Source: Dehalococcoidia bacterium (lineage in GTDB: Bacteria > Chloroflexota > Dehalococcoidia > Bin125). Taken from it: a stretch of 64,000 nucleotides of DNA. Below, one piece after another: positions 59,913-64,000 of the stretch. Made by a program: the position numbers and the translations under genes. Position 1 is the first letter of the stretch, and the number at the start of each line of letters is the position of its first letter. Below the pieces are notes generated by a model. The model ran no database searches. It saw only the letters and a list, made by a program, of their open reading frames with translations, and was not told where the DNA came from. The DNA lies in assembly GCA_963663895.2 (NCBI GenBank), contig CAXXRD010000002.1:64001-128000 (forward strand), in the 5' to 3' direction.

Positions 59913-60724
59913 TCTGTCGGCAGACCAGACGGTAGTTGCAGGATGCGATCGAGGTGGGGCAGCGCGTCGGGAAAGCGATCCTGGAAGTACGCGTGCGCCC
60001 GCGTTGGCAGCCAGACCTCGTGGAAGTACCGGCGAAAATCCGCCAAGTGCTCAATCGGGTAGAGTCGCGCCTGCACGGTGGGGCGTCGCCCGTCAATGAA
60101 CTCGTGGTCATAGGTGGGGAACTGGTTGGGGTCGATGCCTCTTCGCCGGAGGAAATCGGAGAACATGCGGCCCGTCGAAATGTCCGGCATCATCCTGTCT
60201 GGCGGAATCACCCCCACGTCTTCCAAAGGCGCGAGCAGGTGTAGGTAAATCTCATTCAGCATCGAGAAATGGGTGTGGGGAATCTTCGCCCGATTCTTCA
60301 AGAATCGCTGAATGTGGACGGGCATGTAAGCCCGGAAGTTGCCCGACATCCAGTCGTAGACCCACCGGTTTACCTTGACTGCGAACTCGGGCGAGAGCCA
60401 TTGGCCGAGGTGCGTAGCAACTTGGGGGTGAACCCAAGTACCCTGCAACTGTGGCTCCCCTCCTTTGATGATCTGCACGAGTTCCGATATGGGAATTCCC
60501 ATATCGGCTGAAAGTTCATCAAGGTACGCCTTCGTTTGGCTGTTTCGGTGGTAGTCCGCAAATAACTTCCCTGCTTCCTGGCAGAGCCTCGTAGCGTTGA
60601 TGTAACCGTCGCGCGGTCGCTGAGGAACGAGGCCGCCATTGGCCGGGTGTTCGATGATGAGGGGGAGCTGCTGAAACTCCATGGGTTTTGTGAGAGCGCG
60701 TTGTTTCTTGTTCATCTCTGGCAT
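59909..60724 (-). CDS. KilA-N domain protein (IS passenger)
   Basis: QR..DGYINAT.LC...GK, QGTWVHP.VA..L.QW.SPEFAV.V..W. Confidence 0.92.
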   Translation of the reverse strand: MPEMNKKQRALTKPMEFQQLPLIIEHPANGGLVPQRPRDGYINATRLCQEAGKLFADYHRNSQTKAYLDELSADMGIPISELVQIIKGGEPQLQGTWVHPQVATHLGQWLSPEFAVKVNRWVYDWMSGNFRAYMPVHIQRFLKNRAKIPHTHFSMLNEIYLHLLAPLEDVGVIPPDRMMPDISTGRMFSDFLRRRGIDPNQFPTYDHEFIDGRRPTVQARLYPIEHLADFRRYFHEVWLPTRAHAYFQDRFPDALPHLDRILQLPSGLPTD

Positions 60725-60882
60725 CCCTGCCCGTATGCCACGCTCTCTATACCGCAGATGCCCCGGCTGCTGTGGTCCGAACGGGGAAAAGTCACGATTT
60801 CTCGTAGACGGATTGTGTATTGAGGGGAAAATGTGCAGGTTTGGAGACGCGAGCAGAACGGGGGCAGGCTATCCGAACCCCG

Positions 60883-60978
60883 TTACTTCTTCGGCTTCCG
60901 TACGCCGCCGCCCTTCACGATCGCCTGCATCACCTGCTGGGGCGTCGCCTTGATGCGGAGGTCTTTGATCTTCGGCAT
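60883..60978 (-). CDS. 31-aa basic peptide (IS passenger)
   Basis: MPKIKDLRIKATPQQVMQAIVKGGGVRKPKK*; below the ORF-track cutoff. Confidence 0.55.
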   Translation of the reverse strand: MPKIKDLRIKATPQQVMQAIVKGGGVRKPKK

Positions 60979-61010
60979 GGCAACTCTCAGGTTACTACCA
61001 GAGGCGCGCG

Positions 61011-61409
61011 TCAGAAACAGTCAGCACCACGGAAGCGGACCGACCCAGTGAAAGGATCGAGCCGCACAGAGCAGGTGATGACCTGGTCATCACCATCGAA
61101 GAGGAATGATTCTTCCGCGCAGCGAGATGCTGGACGATCGCAGCGCACCGCCACGACGAACTCAAAGATATCGTCGTCTGTCTCGCGGTAGCGCCAGGTC
61201 TCTTGCTGATCAGAGCAATCGGTCTCAGGGGACGCCAGAGTAACGTCCTCCTGGACGTTTTCGAGGACAAGCCCGACAGCAGCACGGCAGCCATCAGCGG
61301 CGGTGAAGTCATCGAAGAGGACAGAGTCACCACCACCGCAGGCCAAGACTGTGACGCTACCTAGACAGGCGATCACCCCGAGCAGCGCTACTTTAATTCG
61401 CTGAGACAT
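61011..61409 (-). CDS. Cys-rich lipoprotein (IS passenger)
   Basis: Signal peptide with lipobox VLAC, AAGGGG RBS and six further Cys. Confidence 0.7.
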   Translation of the reverse strand: MSQRIKVALLGVIACLGSVTVLACGGGDSVLFDDFTAADGCRAAVGLVLENVQEDVTLASPETDCSDQQETWRYRETDDDIFEFVVAVRCDRPASRCAEESFLFDGDDQVITCSVRLDPFTGSVRFRGADCF

Positions 61410-61516
61410 AGGTATCCCCTTACCGCGCGAGCGGGCGGCACACTACGGGATCACCTGTAGGCGGTCAATGCTACTATTGTCTATAACTACCTAAAACAGA
61501 CGGCCGGCGCGACCTC

Positions 61517-61580
61517 TGCTACACTGGTCGCGAAACCGAAAGCGTGTTTCGCTGAAGGTGGGCTGGAGCCCACCTTTTTT
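61517..61580 (+). promoter_or_regulatory. nusA operon promoter and leader hairpin (rimP-leader-like attenuator)
   Basis: Extended -10 TGcTACACT, followed by aaggtgggct-gg-agcccacctt and a T tract. Confidence 0.65.
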
Positions 61581-61645
61581 GATACCACGTTCGAATGGAG
61601 CGCCAGGGCGGCGCGGCGAGCGCAAGCGTCGAGAGGACTTGACCG

Positions 61646-63169
61646 ATGGCACAACTGAATACGGATGCGACCAAGACGGGCACGGCTGCCGCAGCAGCGC
61701 CACCCGCGCCCGCAACACTTCCGCCCGACTTCCTCACCGCGATCACCACCCTGACGGCAGAAAAAAACCTGCCGGAGCCCGTCGTCTTCGAAGCGGTCGA
61801 GTCCGCACTCGCCGCCGCCTATAAGCGCGACTACAACATCCGCGGCGATGTCAAGGTCCAGATCGACCGAGTATCGGGCGCGCTCAAGGTCTGGTCCCAG
61901 ATCGAAGTCGTCGAGATCGAAGAGGACATCGCCGACCCCGATCTACAGATCGAGCACGAGGCCGCCCTCAATATCCAGCCGGATATCCAAATCGGGCAGC
62001 TGCTCATCCAAGACCACACGGTGGGCGTCGCCGGACGTATCGCCGCGCAGACCGCGAAGCAAGTGGTCTTGCAGCGCCTCCGCGAAGCGGAGCGCGAGGT
62101 CGTCTTCGACGAGTACTCCGGCCAGGAAGGCGACATCCTCTCGGGCGTTGTCCAACGGCTCGAGTCCCGCCAAGTGATCGTCGATCTCGGCCGGACCGAG
62201 GCCGTGCTCCCGCCCTCCGAGCAAATCCGCATGGAACACTACCGGCCCGGCCAGCGCATCCGCGTCTACCTCCTAGAGGTGCTCATGGGCACCAAAGGCC
62301 CTCAGGTCGTCGTCTCCCGCACCCATAAGAACCTGATCAAACGCCTCTTCGAGCTCGAGGTCCCCGAGATCTTCCGCGGCCAAGTGGAGGTCAAGGGGAT
62401 CGCGCGGGAGCCCGGGCACCGCACTAAGGTCGCCGTGCACAGCCACCGAGACGGGCTCGACCCTGTTGGCGCCTGCGTCGGCATGCGCGGCATACGCATC
62501 CAAAACGTCGTCAACGAACTGCAAGGCGAGCGCATCGACGTCATCCAGTGGGACCCGGACCCGCGCCGTTACGTCGCGCATGCGCTCAGCCCGGCCCAAG
62601 TACTCGCCGTGCGGTTACTGCCAGACAGCAACACCGCCGAGGTGGCCGTGCCGAACAAGCAGCTCTCGCTCGCCATCGGCAAGGAAGGACAAAACGCGCG
62701 GCTGGCCGCCCGCCTCACCGGTCTGCGTATCGATATCAAGCCGCAATCACTCGCCGAGAAGCTGGCCAAAGAAGGGCTGGGCCCTCTCGCACCTCAGCCC
62801 GAGCTACCGAAGCCGGTGGTGCCCACGCCGACTACGGTCAAAGCCCAGCCCGCCGCCGTCACGCCTGAGCCCGCCACCGCCGCAACGGCAGACCCCGCCC
62901 CCGCGCGGCGCGAGCTGCCGCTCCAGGAACCCGAAGAGCCCGTCATCGAAGAGAAAGAAGAGGAAGAAGAGGAGATCGAGCCCGCCGCCGCCGAACTCGA
63001 AGTCGCGGCCCCGCCACCCAGCGAGCCCGGCAAGATCCGCTTCGCGGAGGAGGTACTGGCGCGCCCCACCCTGGAAACCAAGCAGAAGAAGCGGCGTAAG
63101 ATCCGCTACGTGGAGACCGACGAGGGTCTCGACGAAGATCCCTACGCGGACTACGCCGCAGAGGAGTAG
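61646..63169 (+). CDS. nusA: Transcription elongation factor NusA
   Basis: [46 protein letters not shown]. Confidence 0.98.
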   Translation: MAQLNTDATKTGTAAAAAPPAPATLPPDFLTAITTLTAEKNLPEPVVFEAVESALAAAYKRDYNIRGDVKVQIDRVSGALKVWSQIEVVEIEEDIADPDLQIEHEAALNIQPDIQIGQLLIQDHTVGVAGRIAAQTAKQVVLQRLREAEREVVFDEYSGQEGDILSGVVQRLESRQVIVDLGRTEAVLPPSEQIRMEHYRPGQRIRVYLLEVLMGTKGPQVVVSRTHKNLIKRLFELEVPEIFRGQVEVKGIAREPGHRTKVAVHSHRDGLDPVGACVGMRGIRIQNVVNELQGERIDVIQWDPDPRRYVAHALSPAQVLAVRLLPDSNTAEVAVPNKQLSLAIGKEGQNARLAARLTGLRIDIKPQSLAEKLAKEGLGPLAPQPELPKPVVPTPTTVKAQPAAVTPEPATAATADPAPARRELPLQEPEEPVIEEKEEEEEEIEPAAAELEVAAPPPSEPGKIRFAEEVLARPTLETKQKKRRKIRYVETDEGLDEDPYADYAAEE

Positions 63170-63176
63170 CAGCCGC

Positions 63177-63485
63177 GTGACGGCGCGGCGAGGGAAACGC
63201 GTACCGCAGCGTACCTGCGTGGGCTGTCGCCGCACGGCCCCGCAGCAGGCATTCGTGCGCGTGGTCCGCACGGCCGAGAGGATGGTCCTCGTTGATCAAG
63301 AAGAGCGTACCGCCGGCCGCGGCGCTTATCTGTGTCCCAAGGCGGCCTGTTGGGAAAGGGCGCTCAAAGGCCGACGCCTGGCCAACGCTCTCCGCACTAC
63401 ACTGAGCAACGTCGAACAGGAGCGGCTACGGCGAATCGGGGCGAACTTCCCAGCCCCAGAGACCGGGCAGGGCGATGACGACTGA
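63177..63485 (+). CDS. ylxR: YlxR/DUF448 RNA-binding protein
   Basis: [16 protein letters not shown]; located between nusA and infB. Confidence 0.93.
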   Translation: MTARRGKRVPQRTCVGCRRTAPQQAFVRVVRTAERMVLVDQEERTAGRGAYLCPKAACWERALKGRRLANALRTTLSNVEQERLRRIGANFPAPETGQGDDD

Positions 63486-64000
63486 CGCCAAGCACACCGA
63501 AAAGCAGCGCGTACAGATCCCGCGTGCCCTCACCGTGCGCGAGCTCGGCGAGCTGTTGGGCGTCAGCGGCGTGACGGTCGTCAAGGCCCTCATCACCCAC
63601 GGCCTGATGGCCGACGTCACCAAGACCATCGACTTCGAAACCGCCGCCAAAGTCGCCACAGACCTCGGCCTCGAGCCCATTGAGCACAGTGAAATCGTCG
63701 AGGAGGTTCAAGCGCCCAGCATCTTCGCCGAAGAAGCCGATGATCCGGCCGCGCTCAAGCCACGCTCCCCCGTCGTAGCGATGTTGGGGCACGTCGACCA
63801 TGGTAAAACCAGCTTGCTCGATCAGATCCGCGACACCCACACCGCCAGCGGTGAGGCCGGCGGCATCACCCAGCATATCGGCGCTTACCAAGCCTCGGTT
63901 CGTGGCAACCGCATCACTTTTCTGGATACTCCCGGTCACGAGGCCTTCACGCAGATGCGTGCCCGCGGTGCCGAGGCAACCGACATCGCCATTCTCGTCG
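63475..64000 (+). CDS. infB: Translation initiation factor IF-2 (runs off the window edge)
   Basis: [48 protein letters not shown]. Confidence 0.97.
   Translation, partial: MTTDAKHTEKQRVQIPRALTVRELGELLGVSGVTVVKALITHGLMADVTKTIDFETAAKVATDLGLEPIEHSEIVEEVQAPSIFAEEADDPAALKPRSPVVAMLGHVDHGKTSLLDQIRDTHTASGEAGGITQHIGAYQASVRGNRITFLDTPGHEAFTQMRARGAEATDIAILV

Larger units (their letters stand above)
58920..61491 (+). mobile_element. IS1595-family element with passenger genes (2572 bp)
   Basis: Perfect 23-bp TIRs GGTAGTTATAGACAATAGTAGCA (58920-58942 and 61469-61491); 8-bp TSD TAAAACAG (58912-58919 and 61492-61499). Confidence 0.96.

Noticed and set aside
1-64000. CRISPR array, integron attC array, retron or DGR
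   Set aside because: No regularly spaced repeat-spacer series, cas gene, integron-integrase signature or reverse transcriptase was seen by eye.

Overview
High-GC bacterial window. The host is probably a Chloroflexota/Dehalococcoidia-like organism; this is inferred from the short EF-Ts and the rpsB-tsf-pyrH-frr-uppS-cdsA-dxr-rseP and nusA-ylxR-infB gene order, and is not proven. Bases 1 to ~38450 are a mosaic defence-rich genomic island: HicAB, type I R-M hsdS/hsdR with inserted cargo, a SIR2-TPR protein, a RelE-like TA pair, a Fur-box-controlled iron-uptake cluster, a four-gene operon (N6-MTase, MORC/GHKL-histidine kinase, receiver protein, unknown protein), HEPN and RES genes, several gene relics and a tRNA-like cloverleaf. 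The island ends in a ~7.4 kb integrative replicon (ArdC-like polyvalent protein, Cre-like recombinase, ColE2-type Rep, AlpA, P4-like integrase) next to a tRNA-3'-end-like att candidate. The right part is core genome: miaB, nrtR, nadABC with tandem NrtR boxes, translation/MEP genes, an RseP carrying LysM-like domains, proS, nusA and infB. It is interrupted by an MTase-HNH insert and a 2572-bp passenger-carrying IS1595 with perfect TIRs and an 8-bp TSD. The best candidate for an undescribed system is the MTase/MORC-HK/receiver/unknown operon at 20775-26713. All calls are from motif reading only, with no database searches. Several frameshifts lie in short homopolymers and may be assembly errors.
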